DNA from: Sphyrna mokarran
Taxonomy: Eukaryota
Length of the DNA stretch: 64,000 bases
Direction: 5' to 3'
NCBI GenBank assembly: GCA_024679065.1
Contig: JAGIQG010000009.1
Coordinates: 107,694,001-107,758,000 of the forward strand
The translations under genes and the position numbers were made by a program. Below the pieces are notes generated by a model that saw only the letters and a list, made by a program, of their open reading frames with translations, did not search any database and was not told where the DNA came from. Position 1 is the stretch's first letter, and each line of letters opens with the position of its first letter. Positions 12,901 through 23,375 of the stretch are shown here, piece by piece.

Positions 12901-15900
12901 ATGGGCAATAAATGTTGGCCCAACCATATCCCATGAATGGATAAAAGAAAGCTTTTCTGTTAATTGTTTGAATAATTCAGGCCATCCTGTAATTACAGAT
13001 CTGTGGCAAATTTGGGCAATGAATACGGAAATTGTGCCTTTTAATCATACATGTAATTCTACAAACATTAACAGCTGTTATTTGCAAAGACCCTAAAAGA
13101 CAGCCTCTAATCTTAAATCCTTTCTTTTTACTTCAGTGATCTCAAGATTTAAAAGGTATGTAACATTGTTATTCATGGATGCATTGGCGTTTACAATTTA
13201 GCAATATGGAATCTTGCATTACATTTAACTTGTTCTTATCTTGCAGTGCACAGAGAGTCACACTGGCCAGAAGACCAGATTTTGTATACGGTAATCCTTC
13301 ATTTTCGGCAGTAGTACAGTTGAAAGTCAAATGCGGTGTCTTTTCAGGCTGATTTTCTTGCCGCGATGCATAATGGCAATTAGGTTTCGATTCTAGAAAG
13401 AGTTGTCAGTAATTAATGAGACATTGGCCTTGCAATCAATAGCGATAACCAGAACCATGCATGGACCAATCACCTCACCTTCAAGAAGAACCTCCCTCCT
13501 ACTCACTGTGTGTACAGCTTTTGATTTGATTTATTATTATCACGTGAATTGGGATTTTTACTTAATATATAATAGGTCCATTCAAAAGTTAGCACTGCTG
13601 CTTCACAGCGCCAGACACCTGGGTTTGTTCCCCAGCTTGGGTCATGCATCTTCTCCCCATATGTGCTTTGGATTCCGTCTGGGTGCTCCACAATCCGAAA
13701 GACGTGCTATTTAGGTGCATCGGCCATGCTAAATTCTACCTCAGTGTATTTGAAAAGGCGCCAGAGTGTGGCGACTATGGGATTTTCACAGTGACTTTGT
13801 TGCAGTGTTACTTGTGACTCTAATAAATAAACTTTAAACTGTAATGATGGCAGCAGGGAAGAAGCTATTCTTGAGTCAGTTGTTACATGATATCAGACTC
13901 TTGTATCTTTTTCCTGAAGGAAGAGAATATGTCTGGGATGATTATGCTTTCCTTCATAATAAGTGGGAAGTGTAGATGGTGGTTAGTGGATGGGAGGCTG
14001 GTTTGAGTGATGGACCGGACTACATTCACAACTCTTTGTAGTTTCTTGCGGTCTTAGTCAGATCAGGAGCTGTACCATTCTGTGATATAATTGGAAAGGA
14101 TGCTTTCTATGGTGCATCTGTAAAAATTGGTGAGAGTAGTAGCGACTCTATGGAAACAAAATGAATGAGGGTCCATTTAGTACCAGTCACCTCTTGACTC
14201 AGAAAGGTGAGGGTTTATGTCCTTTTCAGCTTATGAGCAGATAAAATCTCGGCTGACCTCCTTCAATGCTGAGCTGTCTTACAATGCTGTCTCACAAGTG
14301 GGATGTCAAACAGTCTGACTGCTCAGCTGGGCGTAAAGAAAATCCCATGTGATGCTCTTAAAGGGGCAGTCAACACAAATCACAATATTGGATGTAATAA
14401 TGTGTATTGTCCTTAAAGGTGCAATATGGATCTGGAGTAACAGAGTACTTCTACAGAGTACTACTTCTGATATCAGTAGTCGATATCAGATCTTTATGTT
14501 CTATCACAGTGCTGTTTTTGGGAACTTGCTGAGTGCGAATTGTCCAGCATGTTTCTTACATGTGGAGCCACAGCTATACTTTAAGATGCTCTTAGAGGTT
14601 GGGAATTACATTATCACAGAGAGAGTATAGAAATCTGGAACTGTCTCTCTGTCTCAAAAAGCTACTGGGGCTTATTAAACATTCAAAACTAAAATTGAGA
14701 AACTTTGCATGGGCCAGGATATCATTATGGAATCCATGTAGCTAGGTAGGCTTCAGACAAAGAACTGGCATGATCCAACAGAATGGTAGCCATAAGGTGA
14801 AGATGCCGGCGTTGGACTGGGGTGGGCACAGGCAGAAGTCTCACAATACCAGGTTAAAGTCCAGTGGGTTTATTCGGAATCACGAGCTTTCAGAGCACTG
14901 CTCCTTCATCAGGTCACTTGATGAGGAAGCAACTGAATAGTGACACAGGATCAAGGGGCTATATCGCCTCATCCTGTCACTATATTTCAGGTATCATTCC
15001 TGACTTTGGAAACTTAAAGGTTGGTGAATCTTAATAGGGTTTGGCTATTGTGAGAGCATTGCTGATGGGGAAATTCTAACTCTCCTACTTGCGTGTTATA
15101 TATGAAAAATGCCTACTTGTACAAAGTATTGTATGACAAGCAGTAGACCAAGCTAATGTCAATTTGTCTATGACCAGAATGAAGGAAGGGGTTGGGGAGA
15201 AGGAAGTAGCAAGTAGGATCTGTTGATTAAGAGCAATGATACTATGTCTGCTTTATGTAACTATTATAATATTGTATGTTTATTTTACAGATACAATTGA
15301 CCTTCAGGTAAGACCATTTCTATTCCAATTTCAAATCACATTATACACATTGGATATATTTCCCCCAAATCCCAGTTAGCTTCAAAATGGGTGTTATGTT
15401 TCATAGTTACAATTGAAATCATAGCTGACGAGGCCAGAATTCTTTCCGCATCTTAAATTGCCCTTGGGAACGTGGTGGATGAGCTTCCTTCTTGAAATAT
15501 TGCAGACCATCTGCCCTGCTGGTCCTCCTGACTTGGCATGGCCAATCAACCTATGGACCATGTGATAGGGCCTGGGGATGGGATTGTTATCAGTGAAGTC
15601 TTGATTGGCTGAATGGCCTTCTTCTGCTCTGTAGGGATGCCATGATTCCCTCGGCCACAGTCCACTGGATGTGTCTCCTCGTATCTGTGTGGGTTTCCTC
15701 CAGGTATTCTGCTTTCTTCCCACAGTTCAAAGATGTGCGGGTTAGGTTGATTGGCCATGCTAAGAAATTGCCCCTTAGTGTCCAGGGATCCGTAAATTAG
15801 AGGGATTAGTGGGTATAATATGTAGGAATTTGGGGCAGGACCTGGGTGGGATTGTGTTCAGTGCAGACTCGATGGGCTGAAGGTCCTCTTTCTGCACAGT

Positions 15901-17116
15901 AGAGTTCTATGATTCTATGATTGTGATCTTAAACTTTGAATGGACATGGATATGTCAGTACATTGGGCAGAGAAGTGGTGGATGAAGTTCAGTGCAGCGA
16001 AGTGTAAAATGATTGAGAACGAGTGGGGAGAGACAATAAAGCAAGAAATTCTAAAGAAGGTGTTGGACCAGGGGGACCTTGGTGTATATGTACATAAGTG
16101 ATCGAAGGTGCCAGGATGTTTTGAGAATGCAGTTAATAAAGCTTGTGGAATCCTAGGTTTGATTCATGGGGCACTGAGCACAAGGGTAAGTCATATTGTA
16201 CTTGTACAATATATAGTCAGCCTTCACTTGGAGAACTGTATCCAGTCCTGGGTGCGAAACTTGAGAGATGATGTGAATTGGGGAGAGTACAGAGGAGATT
16301 CACAGAGAACTGCAGCTGGGATGATATTTTGGAGAGGTTGGGATGATTTTCCCTGGAAACTGAAAGAAGACTTGCTTGAAGTATTCAAGATCCTGAGAGA
16401 TACGGAGAGGGTAAATCATGAGAAAATGTTCCCACTCAAAGTTACATCGTGAATTGGAAGTCACAGTTTCAAACAGAGGGTGAAACGGGTAGTAGTATTG
16501 TGAGATTCATTGATTCACTCATTGGAATTTCCTGAGATGAGGGTGGAGACAGGTTCAGTTGGAACATTTTTGGAAAGAAAGTGCATTGCTATGGGAAAAT
16601 GAAGAATGTGCAAACATATGGGGATAAGGCAAAGGAGTGGGACTGGGTAGAATGTTCTTTCCGAGAGCCGGTGCAGACATGATGGGCCGAGCGGCCTTCT
16701 TCTGCATTGTAAAGAGTGATCCTGATTCCCATTGGCTTCAGCTTTGCTGGGGCTCTCTGAGTTTACTGGGATGGTTTGATGAAACTGACTAGTCACTGGG
16801 CCATTTCAGAGGGCATTAGAGAGTCAACCATCGTGCTGTGGCTCTGGTCAGAATGCGTAATGGTGGCAAATTTCCTTCCCTAAAATACATTAGAAAATGC
16901 AAGTGGATTTTGACCATAGTACTGCGGTTCTGGAGTCCAGATCGAGTAATAAAAATTTCCCACCTTGTTGATGAGATTTGAACTCATGTCTCCGGAGCAT
17001 TAGTCTGGTCACCTTGATTACTGGTGTTGTAGTGTTATCCCTGTGGCATCATTGCCATAGACTGGGTTCAACTTGGCCATTTCCTGTTCAAACTCCATTC
17101 TGGCGTCAAGCCCCCA

Positions 17117-17149
<33 letters not shown>

Positions 17150-17622
17150 AGTTCTAATATTACACTGCAGTGCAATCCATGTGAAATCAGCAGAAGCCAT
17201 TCCGTCTCTCCCACAGCCCACCAATGTCCAAACTGACGGTTAGCGTGGTGCAGTTTGCGGGTGGGATCATGCTGTGCGAAGCCTGGCTGCCACATGTCCG
17301 AAACGATGGCACTTCAAAAAAGTGCTCCGACGGCTGGGAAAGGCTTGTTTGGGATGCACAGTGTACATGATACCAACCTAAGTTATTTCCTTAAATAATA
17401 AGTTCAAAATAAGTCATTTTTTGTTGATTTTTTTTTTTGTGTGGTTGCATCTTTTTTCTTCGTTCCTAGGAAACATCTTTTGACAGCAGACTGGGGACAA
17501 CTGTGCCACAGAACTATAATGCTTCTGTCCCTGAGTACAGCACCGTAAATGCACCGAGCACCATTAAAGGATCCTACCCTTCAAACCAGTGTGTCACCTT
17601 TACCCAGTCTACGTTCCAATAG
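6846..17622 (+). CDS. NCR3: NKp30/NCR3-like Ig-V type I membrane receptor, 7 coding exons (6846-6903, 9028-9366, 12167-12298, 13137-13155, 13247-13290, 15291-15307, 17470-17622), 762 nt, 253 aa
   Basis: All introns are GT-AG and phases match (1,1,1,2,1,0), giving one open frame: leader, V domain, stalk/TM, tail. The V domain end YYCKVEVQGVGSGNGTGTQLIV resembles human NKp30 YVCRVEVLGLGVGTGNGTRLVV. The TM end ..GFLGLSIL..IYYQHK resembles NKp30 ..GFYAVSFL..VYYQGK. Orthologue versus paralogue status is not resolved. Confidence 0.72.
7050..7585 (-). mobile_element. Rex1/Babar-type LINE 3' end
   Basis: Minus-strand RLKxSFF-type RT end with (AAATC)n tail. Other copies at about 11410-11925, 13840-14140, 18195-18825, 20295-20835, 35180-35700(+), 37010-37400, 50800-51470(+), 52330-52745(+), 60220-60700(+), 62430-62848(+). 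Confidence 0.7.
7615..7940 (-). mobile_element. HE1-type V-SINE
   Basis: Full head, V-domain and tail. Confidence 0.82.
8283..8965 (+). mobile_element. Two tandem HE1-type V-SINEs
   Basis: Heads at about 8283 and 8645, each followed by V-domain and tail. Confidence 0.8.
9028..9366 (+). CDS. NCR3-like exon 2, VJ-type Ig V-set domain
   Basis: Acceptor tactccAG, donor A|GTAAGT, phase 1-1. Canonical Cys (LNC), Trp (VLW), DxxxYYC and J-like GTGTQLIV. Four N-glycosylation sequons: NVT, NCT, NQS, NGT. Confidence 0.93.
9919..10232 (+). mobile_element. Young CR1-type LINE 3' end inserted in an HE1 SINE
   Basis: TRGHSFKLRGD..RFFTQRVVREWNALP peptide, (TATGTTC)n tail, AATTT on both flanks. Confidence 0.8.
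11041..11345 (+). mobile_element. V-SINE with alternative tail ending AATAAATAAAACTT
   Basis: HE1 head and V-domain followed by aaattctccctcag..caggcgccgg..gtaacttcattgcagtg..aataaa. Confidence 0.78.
12167..12298 (+). CDS. NCR3-like exon 3, stalk plus transmembrane segment (KVTDCPPAHVATKDQLQPLILGFLGLSILIMIPLTVRIYYQHK)
   Basis: Acceptor tctcacaccAG, donor G|GTATGA, phase 1-1, hydrophobic stretch of about 19 aa followed by YYQHK. Confidence 0.88.
13137..13155 (+). CDS. NCR3-like exon 4, 19-nt microexon (VISRFK)
   Basis: Strong polypyrimidine acceptor tttctttttacttcAG, donor AG|GTATGT, phase 1-2. Confidence 0.7.
13247..13290 (+). CDS. NCR3-like exon 5, 44 nt (SAQRVTLARRPDFVY)
   Basis: Acceptor ttcttatcttgcAG, donor G|GTAATC, phase 2-1 fits both neighbours. 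Confidence 0.72.
14175..14590 (+). mobile_element. Ancient Deu-domain SINE (SacSINE1-like)
   Basis: Decayed match to the recalled Deu core (gctgttt.tggga.cttgctgtgcgcaaattggctg); similar copies at about 19410-20000, 39090-39420, 50240-50680(-). Confidence 0.55.
14795..14932 (-). mobile_element. Penelope 3' terminal repeat with minimal hammerhead motif
   Basis: Shared Penelope tail; minus strand CTGATGA-A-GGAGC-AGT-GCTCT-GAAA-GCTC at 14881-14915. Confidence 0.72.
15291..15307 (+). CDS. NCR3-like exon 6, 17-nt microexon (DTIDLQ)
   Basis: Acceptor tttattttacAG, donor CAG|GTAAGA, phase 1-0, completes the YDTI motif. Confidence 0.7.
15940..16710 (+). mobile_element. Degenerate CR1-clade LINE 3' fragment
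   Basis: KACGILGLI..HLENCIQSW..DLLEVFKIL peptide remnants. Confidence 0.7.
17118..17149. repeat. Poly-C homopolymer (32 nt)
   Basis: Direct; similar G/C runs at about 26138-26158, 28900-28919, 31289-31310, 34674-34691. Confidence 0.9.
17470..17622 (+). CDS. NCR3-like exon 7, terminal cytoplasmic exon (ETSFDSRLG...PEYSTV...STFQ*)
   Basis: Long T-rich acceptor ending ttcctAG, phase 0, open to TAG at 17620-17622, contains YSTV. Confidence 0.78.
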   Translation, partial: ETSFDSRLGTTVPQNYNASVPEYSTVNAPSTIKGSYPSNQCVTFTQSTFQ

Positions 17623-17764
17623 CTGTGGAAAAGACGGGTACTGAAGGACCCTTAAGGAAGGAATAACAAGTTTTAACCCATGAGTCAGTTGCATTTCAGC
17701 AGTATTCTTGAATGGTACAATGTTAATGGAATTTCGATCAGAAATGATTGTTAGCATTATGCAT

Positions 17765-17770
17765 AATAAA
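17765..17770 (+). terminator. Probable polyadenylation signal of the NCR3-like gene
   Basis: AATAAA about 140 nt after the stop, in non-repeat sequence. Confidence 0.5.
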
Positions 17771-19649
17771 CATGAAATACTTACACTGTGGCTACATTTC
17801 AGCATACTGAGTTGGCTGCCACTCGCATTTATCCAAGCTCTACAAACTGTTCATTTTCCTGCTAATGTAATTAGCATTTGTTTTGGGGTCAGACAGGGAG
17901 AGGATATGTCCCCTTCTCTTCATGCTGTCCCACTTTTCTTTCAGCCCATGTCTAACTCTTGTTGCGCCTGTAATGCCTTATCCTTATCTTGTGATTTGTT
18001 GCCTTCTTGTCTCCTGGACCTTTTTCTGTACCTTTTTGATTTATTACTACTCCTGTTATTGTTTTCAAGTGTGGAGTGGTGAATGGGAGGTACTCTCGAA
18101 TGGCGGAACAAAAAGGGATGATTGTGGGTCGGGGGGAGAGGAAAATGGTTTGCTTCTGCCAATTTTAGGTGGTTGAGGGGAGGTGATTGCTGAGGATTGA
18201 TTTGATTTATTATTGTATTAACACAGTGAAAAATATTGTGCCTTGTGTGCTATACAGACACCATTCATAGAGACGGAAACGAGAAAGTGCAGAATGTAAC
18301 GTTACAGTTATAGCAAGGGTGCAGAGAAAGATCAACTTAATGCAAGGTAGGTCCATTCAAAAGTCTGACAGTAGCAGGGAAGAAGCTGTTCTTGAGTTGG
18401 TTGGTACATGACCTCAGACTTTTGTATCTTTTTTCCCGACAGAAGAAGGTGGAAGAGAGAATGTCTGGGGTGCGTGGGGTCCTTAATTATGCTGGTTACT
18501 TTGCCGAGGCAGCAGGAAATGTAGACATAGTCAATAAATGGGAGGCTGGTTTACGTGATGGACTGGGCTACACTCACGACCTTTTTGTAGTTCCTTGCGG
18601 TCTTGGGCAGAGCAGGGGCATACCAAGCTGTGATACAACCAGAAAGAGTGCTTTCCATGGTGCACCTGTAAAAGCTGGTGAGAGTTGTAGCTGACAAGCC
18701 AAATTTCTTTAGTCTTCTGAGAAACTAGAGGCGTGGGTGGGCTTTCTTAACTATGGTGTTGGCACAGGGGGACCAGGACAGGTTGTTGAGGATCTGGACA
18801 CCTAAAGCCCTGAAGCCCTTGACCTGTTCTACTTCATGTGTGTTAGGGGGAGAGGTCTGTTAAGTTGGGGGTTTCTGGGGTAAATATTAAGGTGACATGA
18901 GTGTTGAAGAGACCTTTTGGGGGTTTCGTGACTGTGATGTTTTGTACCTGTTGCTGAGTCAGACTCAGGTTTTGTTGTGGGTGGAGGGGGGGGAGGTTTG
19001 TAGATGGTTACTGGGGGATTGGGGGGGGGGGGGAGGTCAGACAGCAGGGGGGACAAAACTTCTGAGGGGTTTCCTAATAGGGAGTGTTGGTGGGTAGGTG
19101 TTGGCTGAAGGATGGGTTATTGTCGTTAAGGTTTAACTCGATGCCTAAACCTCTTGCATTGATTTGATTTATTATTGTATTAACACAGTGGAAAGTATTA
19201 TTCCTTGCTATACAGATACTCCCAAAATTGGGAGTTTGAACCTCAGTGCAACGATTGAGACAAAAACATAAAGTTTGGAAAATCTCAGCGGGTCTGGCAG
19301 CATCTGTGGAGAGAGAATTGAGCCAATGTTTCGAGTCTGGGTGATCCTCCATCAGAGCTTTTGTTTCAGATTCCAGCATCTGTAGTATTTTGCTTTTATC
19401 GAAGTTTGGAACGTGGGCAAATCCAGTATTGAGGGAGCGCTGCACTGCCATAGATGCTGCTTTTCAAAGGAAATTTTAAACCGAGACTCAGTCTGACCCC
19501 TCAAGGTGGGTACAAAATACACCCGTCCCCCTAGCCACAATTACATGGAAGAGTAGACTGATTCTCCCAGATTGCAACTCCACATTCATCTCTCAATTTA
19601 CATCGCTGTCCCTCTGGCAAGATTCAGTGCAAATTAGCCAGCACGTTTC

Positions 19650-19936
19650 TCGGCCTTTGGCTAAAATCAAGAGTAGTTTTGCTGTTCTGCACTTGATAGA
19701 AATCAATGGGGTTACACTGGGACGTCAGTTGAAGCAATTTAGCCCTTTTAGCTAAGATGCAAATGTGATTAAGCCTTGGAGGAGGTGCAATGCCTGCTCC
19801 TATCAACTTGCATCATGTAGATCGAGCCCAAGACGAGAAGAGGGCAGCCTGTCTTGTCAGCTTGGATCTGTAATGTCTCGCTGGTCTAGCCTTTGAATTG
19901 GACTTTGATTAGATTTGATTAGACATAATTTTTTCA
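19650..19936 (+). mobile_element. U2-snRNA-headed retroposed insertion (SINEU-like) with 19-bp degenerate TSD
   Basis: ttcTCGGCCTTTGGCTAAAATCAAGAGTAGTTTTGCTGTTCT matches U2 nt about 6-46; flanks 19631-19649 and 19937-19955 are 15/19 identical. Confidence 0.65.
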
Positions 19937-22559
19937 AAAATAACCGGAACGTTTCCACAGATTACAAGAATCTCTTCAAAATTCAGCGGTTGTGGAGGGC
20001 AATTAAAAAGAATATGCAAATATTTATTTATTTTAAAACCTACTTGATTTGCCATAATTTGCCACAGATTATGGTTTGCCTACAGTGCAGAGTTGCATTG
20101 TCCAAAGATGTGCCAGTTACATGGATTGGCTACACTAAATTGTTTCTTTGTGTCCCAAGATGTGTAGATTAGGAAGATTAACCATGATAATGGGTTCCAG
20201 GGATAGAGAAGGGGACTAGGGAAGACGCCCTGGGTGAGATAGTCTGTCAGAGAATTGGTGCAGACTCTATGGACTGAATGGCCTCTTCTGCACTGATTTG
20301 ATTTATTGTTGTTACACATATTGGTACAGTGAGAAGTATTGTTTTCTTGCATGCGATACAAAGTCTACCGTTCATAGATAAGGAGAGAGTGCAGAATGTA
20401 GTGTTACAGTCATAGCTGGGATGTAGAGAAAAGCCTATTCAAAAATCTAACAGCAGCAGGGAAGAAACAGTTCTCGAACTGCTTGCTGTGTGTCCTCAGA
20501 TTTTTGTATCTTTCTCCTGACGGAAGAAAGTAAAGTATGTATGGGTTGCGTGGGGTCCTTAATTATGCTGGCTGCTTTCCAAGACAGCGGGAAGTGTAGA
20601 CAGTCAGTGGATGGGAGGCAGGTTTGAATGATGGGATGGGCTTCATTCCTGGTCCTTTGTAGTTTCCTGCAACCTCAGATAGAGCAGGAGCCAAACCAAA
20701 CTGTGATACAACCAGAATGTATGCTTTCTATGGTGCATCTGTAAAAGCAGGTAAAAGTCATAGTGGACATGCCAAATTTCCTTAGTCTTCTGAGATAGCA
20801 GAGGCATTGATGGGCTTTCTTAACCATAGTGTCAATATGTCGAAATTCTTTATTGATTGTGACTTATTATTCTATATTGATATGAAGGTCAGTTGGAAAC
20901 TAAACCTTTGCACAAGATAAATTCTTGGAAATGTAATTTATGAATCCTTCCTGCGCTGTATTGAAAACTTGCATTAAAAATGCGCAAGATGTTTGGAACA
21001 AAATATCCTTTGGGATATATTGCAAATAGACGATACAGCCTCAAAATAAGGTGGGACTGCAGCATAGAACAGAGCTGAGAAGGAACTTCTTCACTCAGAG
21101 TGGTGAATCTCTGGAATTCTCTGCCCATTGAAATGGTGGAGGCTACCTCGCTGAATACGTTTAAGTCACGGGTAAATAAGTTTCTGATAGACAAGAAAAT
21201 TAAGGGTTACAGGGAGCCGGCAGGAAAGTGGAACTGATCCACTTCAGATCAGCCATGATTTTATTGAAAAGTGGGGCAGATGAGTTTTTCTGACAAGATT
21301 TCATGATCATCAATAGATTCTAAATTCCAGATATTTTTTAAAATTGAATTCAAATTCCACCATTTGCCATGGCAGGATTCGAACCTGGGTCCTCAGAACA
21401 TGAGTTTCTGGATTAATAATTTAATACATGTGCATAAAAATCATCAACAAAATTAGATGGTGTAAGTTAGGGAAGAAAGGCTAATCAATCTTCATTCTCT
21501 ATTCCAATAGAATTGGGCTCAAATGGGATGTAAGTTAGGTGCAATTCTAGACTACATTAGGAACATTGCATTCAGTTGGGTGAACACCATATAGCTCTGG
21601 AAGGATGTCTCTGGAGAGGTTTCCACACAGGCTTTCATTTTAAGAAGATGCAAAAGCCTGGGTTGGCATTCTGTGGAATATCATCAAATATAAAAAGCAT
21701 TGGTTAGCCTCATTTGAAATATTGAATGTTAGCCACCACACTATCGGAAGGACATGAAAGCTTGAGAGGGTGCAAAGAAGGTTCACCAGGACGTTGCCTG
21801 GACTCGAAGGTGTTGAGTATGAGAGGTTAAATAGACTAGGATTGTTTTCACTGGAAGGACAGAGGCTGAGAGGAGACTTGACAGAGGTCTACAATTATGA
21901 GAGGGAGGGATATGGTCCGAGTAGGGGCAGAAGATTTTTTTTAAGTTTGATCGTGATTGGCACAGGTTTGAAGGGCTGAAGAACCTGTTCCTGTGTTATG
22001 CTTAAAGAGTGGTGAAACTGAGGATTACGGAGTTATTTAATTTGATATTGATGAGGCGGGGAGAGGGGTATTCTCCTTGCTGGTAGTGAGAATTTGGAAC
22101 CTAAAATTTCCTAAGCGAGTTCAGAAGAACTTTACAGGGTAGTGAAAAATCCTGGTGATCTAATCTCCCACCTTTCTATCCTCCACGCCTCGTCCAAACA
22201 TAGGTAAAGGTGTAAAAGATCAATGAATGTTTCCAAAGCGGGTGACTTGGGTTACAGAAATGAAGGTAGAAAACTCTAGTGATCTATTTGAATATGGACA
22301 GATTGGTGTCCTCTATACATACAACACACCCACTCACACACACATAGCCTAGGAAGAATATTTACACCACACTATGATTTTCAAGGCAGATTCTCAGTTT
22401 TATTGTCACTTATAAAGGAGACGTGGTACAAAAGATGGGATTTTAGTCTCAGAAATAAAAAGCACCAAGTGATTTGACTCTGCCTCAGCTATACTGATCC
22501 CAATCCAGGGGAAAATTGGGATGAGGGGACACACTGGAAGTGGATTGGACTGCAGGAAG

Positions 22560-22865
22560 AATCAGAATCCCTACAGTGCAGAAAGAGGCCATTTGGTCCA
22601 TTCAGCCTGCACTGACAACAATCCCACACAGGCCCTATTCTTGTAACCCCACATATTTATCCTACTAGTCCTCCTGATGCTAAGGGGCACCTTATCACAG
22701 CCAATCAAGCTAATCCACACATCTTTTGGACTGTGAGAGGAAGCTGGAGCACTGGAGGAAAGCCACATAGAGAGAATCTGCAAACTCCAACAGACAGTGA
22801 CCCAAGCCGAGAATTGAACCTGGGTCTCTGGCACTGAGAGGCAGTAGCACTAACCACAGTGCTGC
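22560..22865 (-). mobile_element. HE1-type V-SINE
   Basis: Head, V-domain and tail on the minus strand. Confidence 0.8.
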
Positions 22866-23375
22866 CTGTTGATGAAGTACATAAAATCTGATCCACATTA
22901 CAGCTGTAAAGATTGAGGGGGATCCGCTTATACAGTGCAATGTTAAGTTGTCGCTGCACAAGAAAACATGTCTATTTTCAGGTGTTAAAAAAAATCTTGC
23001 ACTAGAATCATAGAATCCCTATAATGCAAGAGGAGGCCATTCAGCCCATTGAGTCTATACTGACCACAGTCTCACTTAGGCCCTATTCCTGTAACTCCAC
23101 ACATTTACCCTGCTAATCTCCCTGACACTAGGGTCAACTTAGCATGGCCAATCAACTCAACCCGTACATCTTTGGACTAAGAACGCTCTCAATCATATTG
23201 TGTATGATGCACACACAGAGATGACATGGGCTGTGTATCTGAATTAGACAATGTAACATTCACGGGCTGCACTATCAAAAGGGAACTTTTAGATGCTAAC
23301 GAGTTTGCAACATTGATGACTTGTTGCTCTCTGTTAATTCAAAGAGCAAAGAACAAAGATTGGCCAAGAAAGTTG

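Noticed and set aside
6846-17622. Calling the receptor CD28, CTLA4 or PD-1
   Set aside because: No MYPPPY-like loop and no YMNM/YVKM tail motif; the V domain end and TM end match NKp30 better. Phylogeny is still needed.
19647-19688. Functional U2 snRNA gene
   Set aside because: Only about 40 nt of the 5' end, with mismatches, no Sm site or 3' stem-loops, and it sits within a TSD-flanked insertion
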